A stretch of DNA of 64,000 nucleotides. Origin: Eledone cirrhosa. Its lineage: Eukaryota. Where the stretch lies: the NCBI GenBank assembly GCA_964016885.1, contig OZ024763.1, forward strand, positions 15,190,001 to 15,254,000, read 5' to 3'. This document shows, in pieces, positions 40,265 through 54,643 of the stretch; the first letter of the stretch is position 1; every line of letters starts with the position of its first letter. A program made the translations under genes and the position numbers. The notes under the pieces are model-generated. The model did no database searches and was not told where the DNA came from. It worked only from the letters and a program-made list of their open reading frames with translations.

Positions 40265-41560
40265 AAATGAAATGTGGGTGCACAAGAGATGCAGTACCAT
40301 AACAGACAAGTTGACAAAGAAGGACTTTGTATGTAACAAAATTACAGGTGGAACTAAAAGTAAGAAACCTTCTCCTTTACCCTCTCATCCCAGGGAGGGC
40401 CAAGGAGCAGAGTCATCAAACATACCTTCTAGCAAGACCTGTGTCAAAAACAACAGTCTCCAATTTATGTGGCTGGATCCCCAGGTGAGACCAGCCGAGT
40501 TCATGGATGTTATCCAAACATCTTGCTCAAGGTCTAGTTGGTTTTACTTGCTACGTGTGCAACTTGCAACCTGCGCAACTTACGCAACTTGTGCATTTGC
40601 AATGTGCGCAACTTGCAACGTGTGCAACTTGCAACATGCGCAACTTGCAATGTGTGCAACTTGCAAAACTTGCAACCTGCGCAACTTACGCAACTTGTGC
40701 ATTTGCAACGTGCGCAACTTGCAACATGCGCAACTTGCAACTTGCGTAACTTCTAACATCAGTAACTTGCAACTTCTAACATCAGTAACTTGCAACTTGT
40801 AACATCGATAAGTTGCAACTTGTAACATCGATAACTTGCAACTTGTAACATCGGTAACTTGCAACTTGTAACATCGGTAACTTGCAACTTGTAACATCGG
40901 TAACTTGCAACTTGTAACATCGGTAACTTGCAACTTGTAACATCGGTAACTTGCAACTTGTAACATCGGTAACTTGCAACTTGTAACATCTGTTCAAGGA
41001 TGCTTTCCTGAGATATTCTACCCACATGCCCGCCTGTAGTATCAGAGCTGTGATCTCTCAATTCAGAGAAGTAGCAGCTCTGCCTAGAGTGACTCTCTTA
41101 TCTCCGAATTACACACTATCAAGTAAGATTAGTCCAAAGACCCTTTGGAGTAACCCCACTTATATTTGCAATTGTATTCTTTTGGTTATTACCAAAAATT
41201 CCCATTGGCACGAATACCTAATTGAAGATAGCTAGTTTGGTTTTTAGCCCTACCTCCTTTCTTCGGTTGACCAAATGCTAAAGCTGGGACATTTTTGTAC
41301 AGGGAATCATCAATAACTGAAAGACTCCTTAGAAGTAATTGACAGTTTCTGCTATCTTCCTGGCCACATCAACAAAGATGCAGCATGTTTCAAAAACATA
41401 GTTGAAGTGGTAAGAACATGAGGGGGCAGTTGTTACCACAAATGGAAATACAGCAAGGTTTTCTCTCCGAGAGAAGGGCAGATCGTATGACATTTCTATA
41501 TGAAATGTGTTGTTGCGTGGTAGTGAGACATGGACTTTGAAAATAGAAGATATGCGAAGT
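40265..41560 (+). mobile_element. Old RTE LINE pieces interrupted by other DNA
   Basis: MWVHKRCSTITDKLTKKDFVC (~40270), DSLEVIDSFCYL (~41325), SLREKGRSYD..GSETWTLKIED (~41465-41555). Confidence 0.75.
40555..40990. repeat. GCAACTT-based repeat changing to a 23-bp unit
   Basis: gcaactt runs, then aacatcggtaacttgcaacttgt. Confidence 0.92.
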
Positions 41561-42640
41561 AAGACATGGGTATTGAATGTAGAGGGTGTGTGAAGAGTAG
41601 ATTGTATGATGTCTGTGTATATAACAGTAAGACATGGGTATTGAATGTAGAGGGTGTGTGAAGGGTAGATTGTATGATGTCTGTGTATATAACAGTGAGA
41701 CATGGGTATTGAATGTAGAGGATGTGTGAAGGGTAGATTGTATGATGTATGTGTATATAACAGTAAGACATGGGTATTGAATGTAGAGGATGTGTGAAGG
41801 GTAGATTGTATGATGTCTGTGTATATAACAGTAAGAAATGGGTATTGAATGTAGAGGGTGTGTGAAGGGTAGATTGTATGATGTCTGTGTATATAACAGT
41901 AAGAAATGGGTATTGAATGTAGAGGGTGTGTGAAGGGTAGATTGTATGATGTCTGTGTATATAACAGTAAGACATGGGTATTGAATGTAGAGGATGTGTG
42001 AAGGGTAGATTGTATGATGTATGTGTATATAACAGTGAGACATGTGTATTGAATGTAGAGGATGTGTGAAGGGTAAATTGTATGATGTATGTGTATATAA
42101 CAGTGAGACATGTGTATTGAATGTAGAGGATGTGTGAAGGGTAAATTGTATGATGTATGTGTATATAACAGTAAGACATGGGTATTGAATGTAGAGGGTG
42201 TGTGAAGGGTAGATTGTATGATGTCTGTGTATATAACAGTAAGAAATGGGTATTAAATGTAGAGGGTGTATGAAGGGTAGATTGTATGATGTCTGTGTAT
42301 ATAACAGTGAGACATGGGTATTGAATGTAGAGGATGTGTGAAGGGTAGATTGTATGATGTCTGTGTATATAACAGTGAGACATGGGTATTGAATGTAGAG
42401 GATGTGTGAAGGGTAGATTGTATGATGTCTGTGTATATAACAGTGAGACATGGGTATTGAATGTAGAGGGTGTGTGAAGGGTAGATTGTATGATGTCTGT
42501 GTATATAACAGTAAGAAATGGGTATTGAATGTAGAGGGTGTGTGAAGGGTAGATTGTATGGTGTATGTATGTACTGTAATGTTACATGATAGAGAGACAT
42601 AGGTTTTGAATGTAGAAGATGTATGAAGGTAGATTGTATG
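41559..42640. repeat. 68-bp minisatellite, ~15 copies
   Basis: Period 41559 to 41627. Confidence 0.95.
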
Positions 42641-42644
42641 ATAA

Positions 42645-43365
42645 GATGCACCCAGTGCACTCTTAAAACTATTAGTATTGGTGACAATAAAATGCACCTG
42701 GTACACTATAATATGATAGTGCTGGTGCCTTGATAAAATGCACCCAGTACTGAAAGTAAAGTAATCATGCATGTTTCATGATAGTTCTGAAGTCATTATA
42801 CACCCAGGACAATATGTGGTTGTGCAGATGCCACGATAAAATGCACCTAACCCACTCTATAAAGTGGTACAGCTGGTACCATAAGATACACCCAGTACAC
42901 TCTGTAAAGAGGTAGTACAGGTGTCATTATAAAATGCACCCATGACACTGTAAAGGGGTAGTGTGGGTGCCACAATAAAATGCACCCAGCCCACTCTGTA
43001 AAGTGGTAGTGCTGGCGTCATAAAATGCACCCAGGACACTCTGTAAAGAAGTATAGTTGGTACCATGATAAAATACACCCAGTGCACTCTGAAAAGTGGT
43101 AGTCCTGGTGTCATAAAATGCACCCATAACTCTGTAAAGTGGTAGTAATGGTATTATTATAAAATGCACCCAGGACACTCTGTAAGTGGTAGTAATGGTA
43201 TCATTATAAAATGCACCCAGGACATTCTGTAAGTGGTAGTACTGGTGTCATTATAAAATGCTCTCAGCCCACTTTGTAAAGTGCAAGTGCAAGTGTCACA
43301 ATAAAATACACTCAGTACACTCTGTAAAATGGTAGTGATGGTGCCACGATAAAATGTACCCAACA
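42645..43365. repeat. Degenerate ~47-bp repeat
   Basis: aaaatgcacccagtacactctgtaaagtggtagt..ggtg. Confidence 0.85.
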
Positions 43366-44070
43366 TGGTCCGCGAGTAAGTGCATCCACCCGTAGAAACT
43401 GTCCAAAAAGAGGAATGTACGAGCGAAACGAAACATGGGCCACGGACCTGCCTAGCACTCAATAAGAATTGACACGGACCGTGACAACACGTCCAACCCA
43501 TACCACCACAGAAAGTAAACATGTAATGAGAAGGGTTGATTATAAATGTTTACATCAGGTGGTGGTAATGGTGGTGGTAATGGTGTTAATGGTGGTGGTA
43601 ATGGTGGTAATGGCGGTAGGGCGGAGGTTCTTTGGGTGGTATTTTCTGAGGCTATGAGTAATGACCGAGTAAATTCAGATTGAACATATATATATACACA
43701 CACACAAATACATATATACACATACATACACACACACACACATATATATACACACATACATATATATACACATACATCCATCACACACACATATATATAC
43801 ACATACATACACACACATATATACACATACATACACACACACACATACACATACATACACACACACACACACATATATATATAGACATATATATATATAT
43901 ATATATACAAATATATATACATATATATATATATATACAAATATATATACATATATACAAATATATATACATATATATACACACAAATATATATAAATAC
44001 ACATATATAAATACACACATACATACATCATTTCTTATATGGAGTGCTCTTCCGTTTGAACACAAATATA

Positions 44071-44104
<34 letters not shown>

Positions 44105-44476
44105 ATGTGTTTGCCTATGTTTGTGTCAGTGAGGTAACCTGTTCGTGGTCACTCAACCTGCAAGACATAGCAACCAAATCTCCCCTCTAACCACACCCAG
44201 CTGGCTTCAGCATGTTAGATGCTGAAATATATATTATATACTAAGGTGTGAACAAACATTGGATTATTAACTCATAATGTCTGTATGTGTATGTGTATAT
44301 ATGTGTGTGTATGTATATATATATGTGTGTGGGTGTATATATGTGTATGTGTGTGGGTGTATATATGTGTATGTGTGTGTATATGTGTGTGTGTGTGTAT
44401 ACAAGCACGGCCATAGATTGGAAGGTACGTTAATATGTGTGTGTGTACCATTGTACACATGTGTTTATATAGACTG

Positions 44477-44509
<33 letters not shown>

Positions 44510-44944
44510 TACATATTGTGTGCTGGACGTATATAGCAAGGATTTGTTGTTCATAGACACGAAAGTATGACATTATATATATATACATATATATAATAGA
44601 TTATATAAAATAAAGTACCAGTAATGCACTGAGTGATTGCTGGCCTTGTGCCAAAAGTAGAAACAATTATATATATATATATATATATAGATATATATAT
44701 ATACATACACAGGTAGATAGTAAAGTGTTTATTATATACAGAGACGGAAACGTATATATAAATAAAGGTTGCCTACAACGATTAATGTGTATAAAGATTA
44801 GCGCTCGAAGAGACGAGACTAAATAGAACACACTCGTGTGTATAAATAAAGTGTTATATATATATATATATGAGTTCAGCAAGCGTTAAATGTATTTACG
44901 TATACGAAAACTTGTATACAAGTGTGTATGTATATATTATGATG

Positions 44945-44983
<39 letters not shown>

Positions 44984-45134
44984 GGATTAACAAATAATAG
45001 TTAAATGCAGTCCACTTAGGTGAAGTCCAGTTATGGTATTCCAGGTAGTGGAATATATATATATTTGATTGCGTCTGTATGCATATATCTATATATATAC
45101 ACATATGCATGTATGTGCGTATATATATATATGA

Positions 45135-45170
<36 letters not shown>

Positions 45171-45265
45171 GTGTATATATATATAGCAAGGGTGGGGTAC
45201 GCAGCTAGAAAACAGTTGTCAATGGTTGTAAATGTATGAAGATAGAAAGAACGAAAAATATGATT

Positions 45266-45318
<53 letters not shown>

Positions 45319-45358
45319 TTTATATATATATGTATATGCACACATACACTTGGCTTAC

Positions 45359-45959
45359 CTTGAACTCTAACCGAAGATTTTGGTAAAGTCGAGGCCGGGG
45401 CAACGACCGCCGTCACCCCCGCCATTAATTTAGGGCTCTCGGTTTTGGCTTGGATTAAACTGGATTGTGATTCATTTAATTTAGTATTCCTTTGAAGTGT
45501 TGTCGTGTCGTCTATGTCGGCTACAGCCTTGGCGTCAGGTAATCCGGGTCCGTAATTGGAAGTTCCTTTCAGAATACTCTTGGTGGGTTTCGGTTTCGGC
45601 AGGAGTTGAGGGGGTCTGAGGGCCGCCGACCTGGGCCCCGAGAAGGAGTTGATTTTCTTCACGGTGACCATACTGTCCGCAGACGAACCATCTGTGGAAC
45701 TGGGCAGTTGGCTGGATACGGCCATACATTCGTCAATGCTTTCACTCTTCGGAACATTATAACTACCACTTCGTTTGAACAACTTGGTGCTCTCTTTTTC
45801 ACTGTGGCGCCTAAACAACCCTTTCTTTACTTCGTCCAACTTGTTTAACTCGTCTTGGGTCAATGCCGACTGATCCTTGCCTTTCTCTTTTTTCTTTTCC
45901 TTTTTATCCTTCTTCTCTTTGTCCTTCTTGTCTTTTTCTTTCTTTCGGAAACTAAACAT
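45359..45959 (-). CDS. MYO18A: First coding exon of unconventional myosin-XVIII (MYO18A/Mhcl-like), KE-rich N-terminus
   Basis: ATG at 45959 gives MFSFRKKEKDKKDKEKKDKKEKKKEK..LTQDELNKLDEVKKGLF, resembling the MYO18A start (MFNLMKKDKDK..KEKKEKKE..ELRSLEE..RRGFF). Non-repetitive ORF ending at a strong donor CAAG|GTAAG (phase 1, 601 nt). Confidence 0.8.
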
Positions 45960-46521
45960 GGTCAATTGTTGATGTGTTGTTAAGGGATTTTGGAGGGGTT
46001 TTGTTGTTGGCACTCCCTTCTACCTAAATATTCTCTCCCATCTAATATCTTGACCAGAAATGTCAGTGACAGCCGCCCTCGTCGTGTTGGTGGTAATTCT
46101 GTTTCTGGTGCTGATGATGGTAGTAGTGGTGATAGTCACCGTCGTTGTCGTGGTTGTTGTTTAAAGAAAGTACTTGCTTTATTCGTTGGTGGCGGGCGAG
46201 ACCAGGTGATTGTTATGGTTTAACGCATTTAATGCATGAATATCCTTCATCAGTAATCAAAACGTAATCAGCCAATAAACACACACGCACATATATATAT
46301 ATATATATACACATATAGGACTAATACTGTTTCATTCGTTTTAAATCATATATATGATAGGGGGCTAATTTGATTTGAAAATAACACACCACCACACAGC
46401 AAGGAGTGCCACGGTCCTTTATGACTTTCTCTGTATATCTTCCAACCAATTGCATGTGTGTGTGTGTGTGTGTGTGTGTTTGTATTTGCCTGTGTATATA
46501 TATATATGTTGTGTGTTTGCC

Positions 46522-46562
<41 letters not shown>

Positions 46563-46694
46563 GTTTGCCTGTGTATATATATATATATTTGTTTGTGTTT
46601 GCTTGTATATATATATATTTGTTTGTGTTTGCTTGTATATATATATATTTGTTTGTGTTTGTCTGTATATATATATATATTTGTTTGTGTTTGC

Positions 46695-46737
<43 letters not shown>

Positions 46738-46782
46738 TGTATTTGCCTGTATATATATATATATATATATTTGTTAATTCGC

Positions 46783-46821
<39 letters not shown>

Positions 46822-46860
46822 TATTTGCCTGTATATATATATATATTTGTTTGTATTTGC

Positions 46861-46934
<74 letters not shown>

Positions 46935-47016
46935 TATATATACACAATCTATATATATATATATATATATTTGTGTTTGCCCGTGTGTATATATATATAT
47001 ATTTGTTTGTATTTGC

Positions 47017-47051
<35 letters not shown>

Positions 47052-48329
47052 TGTGTTTGCCCGTGTGTATATATATTTGTTTGTGTTTGCCTGTGTGTGT
47101 ATATATATATTTGTTTGTCTTTATCTGTATATCTGTCTGTCAGTATGTGTATGCAAACATGTGCCTTGATTAAAAGTGCTTTAAATTGTCACAAAGTGGT
47201 GTGTATATATGTGAGTGAGTGTCTGTATGTTTGTGTGTGCTGAGAAAATGTATTCTTTTTGTTCTTCAGTTTAGCTTAGTTCAGTTTTAAAAGGAAATAA
47301 AAATAAAAAAAAGTTGTCAGTAGTCATGAGGGAGTTTATTTTTGAAACAATGGTTGAGTTTGTAGAAGGCAAACTTCGTATATTATATGGCACACACACA
47401 CACGGGGGTAAAATAGAGATAGTGTGAACATTGCGTTCGTGATAACCAACACTACACTGGTCATATTATATATAACATATTATCTAACTTTGTATGAGTG
47501 TGTTTATATATTTTTATACACACACTCATATATATATATATGAGTAAATATATACATTATCTAACTTTGAATGACTGTATGTGTGTGTGTGTGTATAATT
47601 GTTTCTACTTTTGGCACAAGGCCAGCAATTATCCAGTACATTACTGGTACTTTATTTTATCGACCCTGTAAGGATGAAAGGCAAAGTTTGACCTCGGCGG
47701 GATTTGAACTCAGAATACGTCCCTTTCCATTCTGAGTTCAAATCCCGCCGAGGTCAACTTTGCCTTTCATCCTTACGGAGTCGATAAAATAAAGTACCAG
47801 TAATGTACTGGATAATTGCTGGCCTTGTGCCAAAAGTAGAAACAATTATACACACACACACACACACACATACAGTCACTCAATGTATATATTTACTCAT
47901 ATATATATATACGAGTGTGTGTATAAATATATATAAACACACTCATACAAAGTTAGATGTTAGATAATATATGTATGTATACATATATATATATATATAT
48001 ATAAGAATTAAAATACTAGAGTGTGTTGGAGTTAAACATCCTCTTCGTATTATAGAAATGACAGTAAAAGTATAGCTCAATGTAATTAAACAGAGCCGAA
48101 GAATATATATGCATTTTGTACGAGTGTGTGTATATATATATACACACTAGTACACAATTAGATAATGCATATACATATATATAGACGTGCTGGAGCAGAG
48201 GGCAACAGAACTCCGAACAATTACCAACTTTACCGAGTAGTAAAATTTATTACACAAACAACAAAATATATAAATAAAGTCAGCAAGACCTTTTCTTTCA
48301 CACCGTACTTCCTACGATCAGATGGGTTC

Positions 48330-48361
<32 letters not shown>

Positions 48362-49047
48362 AGCTCAGTCGTCGGGGTCCTCAATTTTTTCATTATATGT
48401 GTGTGTGTAAATGAAGTATTTCCGTCGGGAAGGTACAGGAAAAAAGAGTGCTCTATATATATATATAACGGATGAAATGTGGTAAGGAACCAGGTGGACC
48501 ATAACGCACCAAAGTACTCAATACTTAGGGTAGTAGAGTGGGTAATAGGAACGAGTAGGACCCCGACGGCTGAGCTCAAGCCGTTTCGACGACTAATTCT
48601 GGACCTATATATATATATATATATATTTTAATTTATAATAAATTGGAGTGAAAGCAACTGGTGCGCGTTTCTTATTGGCAACATGACCCTCCCAAAGTAT
48701 AACAATATCGGTTTCAACACACGTTTTCAGATAAAGAATTTTGCTAAACAAATTCAGAAACGAAATATATATATATATAAAGGTACAAGAAAAAAAGAGT
48801 ACTCTCTTTCTCTCTCTATATATATATAAAATTGAGGACCCTGATGGTTGAATGTGGGCTGGAAAGTTCAGAAGCTAACTATGAAGGAGTAATGCTAGGG
48901 TTGTGAAAACTTGCATGCTTTAATTTCAACTCTTATTAACAACTACATTGTTTCTTTCCACGAACTATGCTGAAAAATTAACCTCATTTGGTCATTCCAT
49001 GAGAGTATCTTGGTCAGCCTACGAAGTTTTCAGTTGACCTCCGTGTG

Positions 49048-49099
<52 letters not shown>

Positions 49100-49251
49100 G
49101 AGGTTATATTTAATTTGTTGGGATTCAACAAGCTTAAAAAATGTTATAACTGATATAAAGCACTCAACAATTTAGTGGGGCAGGACTAGAACTGTTTCAT
49201 TCGAAGGAAATCATCAGGAAAGCCCAATATATATATATATATATATAAGAA

Positions 49252-49282
<31 letters not shown>

Positions 49283-52102
49283 CTTCCCGTTATCTTTGAA
49301 CTGCAAACAAATGTTTAAAGACTTCCTAAGTTCCGTCACCTCCACCACCACCATTATTACTGATAACACTACTACTATAACTTCTACTATCACCACTGTA
49401 GTTATTATTACTTATACTACCACCACAACTACTAGTACCACTGCCGCTACTTAGTAGTAGTACAAGTACCACTACTTTACAGCTACTAATACTGCCACCA
49501 CTACTGCAACTACTACTAATACTACCACAGAGGACGGGGAAGACTTTGTTCTGTTGGCAATTTGCTTTGATTGGTCGGTGGGGTAAGCGGTGTTGCTATA
49601 AATGTCATGATGATGATGATGATAGTAAATTTGTGCGTGTGTGTTGCGCGTGTAACAGAGTGCGCGCGAGGTTTCTTCTTACGCCTAGCCATGGTGGTGG
49701 TTTTGCAGAGAAACAGAGTGAGATGGCGGTGGTGTAAAAGAAAAGGTTGTGCTGTGGTGGTGGTGGTGTGGAAAAGGTTGTGTTATGATGAAGGTTGTGG
49801 TGGTGTAGAGAGAGAGATATATATAGCGAGGTGGTGATGGTGCAGGAAGATAAAATGAGGTAGTAGTGCGAAGAAAAAGATGATGTGGGGGTGTATTAGA
49901 AAAGGTTATGGTGATGGTGGTGTAGAGAGAGATAACGTGTGACGATAGTGTAGTGAGACAGAGATAGAATGTGTGTAATTATGGTGTGGGCGGGGAATAT
50001 AAACTTTCGACAAGAGATGACAGCAGATAAAAGAAGAAAGGAAGAGACAACTGTAAATTAATTTGGATGGCGGCAGCGACTTGTATTGGTGCTGGAAGTA
50101 AGGATACACCAAATAAACACAAACGACTGTGTCTATGGCTGTTTATGTCTATGTTTATCTAGTATGTCAGTGTGTTTGTCTGTATATGTGTACTACATCT
50201 GTGATTGTGTCAATATATATATACTATGTGTCTGTATATATGTACTGTGTTTGTGTACAATATATGTACTATGTGTGTTTACGTACTGTTTGTATGTGTA
50301 CTACGTCTATATGTGTGTCTATGTACTATATCTGTGTTATGTCTGTGTCTACGTGTGTCCATCTGTAATATCTATATTTGTGTCCGTGTCGCTGGTTTTA
50401 ACTGCTTGTATGTTTACATGTCTGTGTGTCCGTGTCTTTGGTATTACCTATACTTATGTCTAGTTATTCTTGTCTATGTGTGTAGCTATGCCTGGCTTGT
50501 ATGTCTATATATGTGTCTGAATTCGTGTCTGTGGCTATGTCTGTATATCTATATGTGTCTGTCTCTCTTCGTATTTGTGGCTATGCCTGCTTGTATGTTT
50601 GTATATCTGTATGTGTCTGTCTGTTCGTATTTGTGGCTATACCTGCTTGTATGTTTGTATATCTGTATGTGTCTGTTCGTATTTGTGGCTATGCCTGCTT
50701 GTATGTTTGTATATCTATATGTGTCTGTCTCTGTTCGTATTTGTGGCTATGCCTGCTTGTATGTTTGTATGTCTGTTCATATCTGTGGCTATGCCTGCTT
50801 GTATGTCAGTATATTTATGTGTCTGTATGTGTTCGTATCTGTGGCTACGGCGAGAATATATCCTGATTACTTTGTCAGTATTCGTACAACATAACTGACG
50901 ACTCTCTGGGTAAAATACTTCCGCATTACATTGCATTCTCTACATGATCTGACTTATCTAATAACAGGACTGGGACTCGGGTGTCGTAACAATTTGGGTG
51001 GAGGTGGCGACGACGACGAAATAAATACAAGAACCGTAACAGCTGAGCCTGTGTGTGGTTGTTAAAAGAGGGGTTTAGACGCGCCAAATATATTAATTTT
51101 TTTTTTTCACAAATACTTTACTCCTTATACAAAATCTCTTAATGTCATGAAAAGCCATTGGTACTATGTAAAAATAATTGAGCTGTATCTAATAAAAACA
51201 AAACACACTTAAAGGGGACAGAAAAGGAAGAGAAAATGAAAAGGGGAAAAAGAAAGAAGTATCGGGTAACAAAAGAAAGAGAGAAGGACAGACACTACAT
51301 CCTCGTCTGAGCAGTACGTTTCAAACATACAATAACAGTTTGGGAATTAAATTAATATGAAACACTGGAGTAAGGGAGATCACTCTCTCCTAACATATGG
51401 TGAAAAGTCAAGTCACGCACACAGCTACATACACACACACATATACACACCTACACTTACATAGATACATACTTATACATCCACATACACACAAACATAT
51501 GAGAGAAAGAAAGAGATAAAAAAGAGAAAAACAGACAAAGAAAGAGAGATTGAGACAGACAGACAAAGAAAGAGAGAGACGGATAGGGAGAGAAAGAAAG
51601 ACAAAGAGACAGGTATTGAGAGATAGAGAGAAAGGCAGACAAAGAAAGAGACCGAGAGAAAGAATAAGGAGAGAGAGAAGTGTGTCCCAGTGGCTCCCTC
51701 TGTGGTGCTCCATAATATTTTCTGGGTCGATTTCGATTTTCGATAATAAATAAACGAATATTGATGTAAAAAAAATTGTCGGCTTCCATTCTTGTTATTG
51801 TTGTTCTTTTTCCGTCTTATATTGTTTGTTTACACTCTCGTGTCCCCTTGATTTACGTTTCGCAACGACTTTTTTTAGCCGTTGCTCGCACCAACCGGAG
51901 GTATATGGTCTTTAAAGCGATGAAATACCAATGATGGTTGGAAGATCACTGATGAGGGACTAACTTTATTCATATATATATATATATATATATATATAAG
52001 TATGTACACGTACATATATATTATATTTAAGTAACAGCCGTACTAAGAGTGGGAAATGAAATTTCGTTTCATTTTTTCCGTTTATATATATATATATATA
52101 TG

Positions 52103-52420
52103 ATGGCTGCAAACTCTGTTAAGAGTATTGCAATCGCTTGTCAGATTCAAATGTATGACGCTCGGATATGGCTTTTCAAGCCTGCTAGAGACTTGCACTC
52201 CTTCGCACATTGATGACAACTATGCATCTTCCTAGCCTCAGGTTTCCTGTGAAACTTCACAATACCGTGAAGATCATAGTTCACTTATTCTCTTTGAAAT
52301 ATGGCTGCGACTGTGGCTCTCGATACCAGATTTGCTCAAGCCAATTTTTCCACACTCAGTGCACTTCAATTCAAGGGAAACACCGATCGTTTCGAGAGAT
52401 ACACCAGGGCATTGTTTACG
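52103..52420 (-). mobile_element. LINE C-terminal C2H2 zinc-finger relic (probably RTE-type)
   Basis: Minus frame LKCTECGKIGLSKSGIESHSRSH plus a second broken finger; bounded by (TA)n. Confidence 0.5.
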
Positions 52421-52424
52421 CACA

Positions 52425-52474
<50 letters not shown>

Positions 52475-53731
52475 CATACACACACGCATATATATATATG
52501 TCTGAAGGAAATACGAGACAGTCCCTGGAACTCATTAATTAAACTTGTTGCTGATTCGTTGAAACACCGCTAAACTTCAACAATATATGTGGATGTTATT
52601 CACGTCAGGTACTACTTTTCCTTTTACACCGCTTCAGATGGCGCTAGATTCAATATATTTCGCGAAATTGATTGTTGTCAACTGTTTGGGACATAGTTTT
52701 GTAATAATAGAAAACTTCCGGTAATTTCCGTGAGTGTAAACGATTTCTTTTTCAAAATGTTATAAATCCTACCTAATGTACACCTTCGAAAATGTATCTC
52801 TGCAAAATATGCATTATCAAGAATGTTTAGAGAAAACATAGGTGACAGGAACACAAAACAGTTGTTAAGTCGTTTTATAAATACAGTGGCGGACTGGGTC
52901 TAAAAATATTGTTTGCCAGGAGATAAAGGGGGAGGGCACCCACATACAGAAGGATATTTAATTTTTATAATGAATAAATAACATTTTCAAAAAAATGACA
53001 TTTCATAGCACGTTTATGACACAAATATTTCACCTCAACTTTAATATCACACAAAAATACATCAAAACAGAAACAGATGCCATGAAATTCAAAATGTCCC
53101 CGAGTAAATCCCCTACAGCCAGATACGTCTAAGAAAATAACTCTCTACTCTAGTGGTCCAAAACATGACAGGTGCGAATCACTGTCCGAAACACTTTGAC
53201 AGGTTGTGCTAAGTTAGACATGGCTTGCGTCAATACTGGCCAAAACCTATGAAAGTTACTAAACTTAAACATATATACATATATATATATATATAATGAG
53301 GGTAATAATAAATATTAGCCGGTTACAAGTATGAAAATAACTCAATGTAAAATAACAATCAAAGAGTTTTTAAAACATATATATATAGTAATAATAATAA
53401 ATTTGAAGACTAAAATCCAAAGAGGGCTCGATAAGGATAAATATATATCAAATATATAAGAACCGTAGAGCAAATATTTATTAAAATAACAGATTAAAGT
53501 TTAAGCATAGAAGATCCCGTTAAGGGTGAAAGCAGCGATTCTTTGCTTAAACTTTAATCTGTTATTTTAATAAATATATATATATATATTATTCAAAATA
53601 TTAATAAATGAAGACATTCACATAATCAAAATATATGTTTTATTATATATATTTCGAAGGTACTGTGCTGTTTTTTCAGTACTGGAATTGAACCATCAAG
53701 ACCGTTGAGGTATGTCATACATCAATTCATG

Positions 53732-53797
53732 TATTTTATCTGACGAGGACGTACTGAAAAAACAGCACAGTACCTTCGAAATATATATAATAAAACA
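53732..53797 (+). ncRNA. Type-I hammerhead ribozyme motif
   Basis: TTTTAT-CTGACGA-gga cgtactg..cagtac cttc-GAAA-tatata-TA-ATAAAA. Confidence 0.8.
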
Positions 53798-53956
53798 TAT
53801 ATTTTGGTTATGTGAATCTCTTCATTTATTAATATTTTGAATAATATCAATAACTCCAGAAAACTTCCTAGTAGAGTGCTTTTAATCTATTGTAAAACTA
53901 TATTCATTGAGTAATCAATGAACCATATTAATCTTTGGTTCTATATATATATACGC

Positions 53957-54070
53957 ACAGTGGCGGACTGGGTCTAAAAATATTGGTTGCCAGGAGATAA
54001 AGGGGGCCCACCCACATATAGAATGCTATCATTTAATTTTTATAATGAATAAATAACATTTTCAAAAAAT
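53957..54070 (+). mobile_element. hAT-like terminus CAGTGGCGGACTGGG (direct copy at 52885-52992)
   Basis: Two near-identical ~110-bp copies beginning CAGTGGCGGA; opposite end not seen. Confidence 0.45.
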
Positions 54071-54419
54071 ACATAAGTGAAAACAAAACAGTGCAATCAA
54101 ATTTTTGCGGGAAAAAATGTGTATTTTAAAACTAATTATCGTGTATATATACTGTACGTATTACTGGCAGTATACAGTAATACTAAATGTTAATATAGAA
54201 TGTTATAATTGAATTTTTAAATAATTGTGAATGTATAGTATACTGTTATTTAGAGTATGCAAGTTGTCATTCTTACCTTCTCCAATATCAAATACCTTGT
54301 GAAATATATACATCCAGAGACTTTCAATCATGACTGTCACACTCAATATATATATGAGACTGTGTGTACTTGTAAATGTGTGTGTGTATGTATGTATATA
54401 TATATATACATACACTATA

Positions 54420-54643
54420 AAAGCTTCACGGCACAGGCATTGCTTTATATCTGGAGATCTCTCTGCCCTTGTCACATGGTACCAGCACTATGTGTCAATA
54501 ATTGTCACATGTGTAGTGTTTGTACCAGAGTTTTCAAGTCGCTGACTGGACTAAAAAGTCACACACATTCAACGCATCGGTAGGGGTTCTCCTACATGGA
54601 TATAAAGTAGTGGCCGTACTCGAAAACGAGTTGGCAGCCACCA
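54420..54643 (+). mobile_element. LINE C-terminal C2H2 zinc-finger relic
   Basis: HMCSVCTRVFKSLTGLKSHTHSTHR-stop, short UTR, then (TA)n. Confidence 0.5.

Noticed and set aside
41329-42772. Long ORFs of 260-460 aa
   Set aside because: Translations of the 68-bp minisatellite.
1-45358. Further myosin-XVIII exons (PDZ or motor domain)
   Set aside because: None recognised by eye; small exons could have been missed.
45264-46013. Full 249-aa ORF as listed
   Set aside because: Upstream start is non-ATG and the end runs past the splice donor into (TA)n; trimmed to 45359-45959.
46375-47243. YI/CV/HT-rich ORFs here and throughout
   Set aside because: Microsatellite translations.
51945-51972. CTGATGAG motif next to (TA)n
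   Set aside because: No downstream GAAA or closing stems; at most a fragment.
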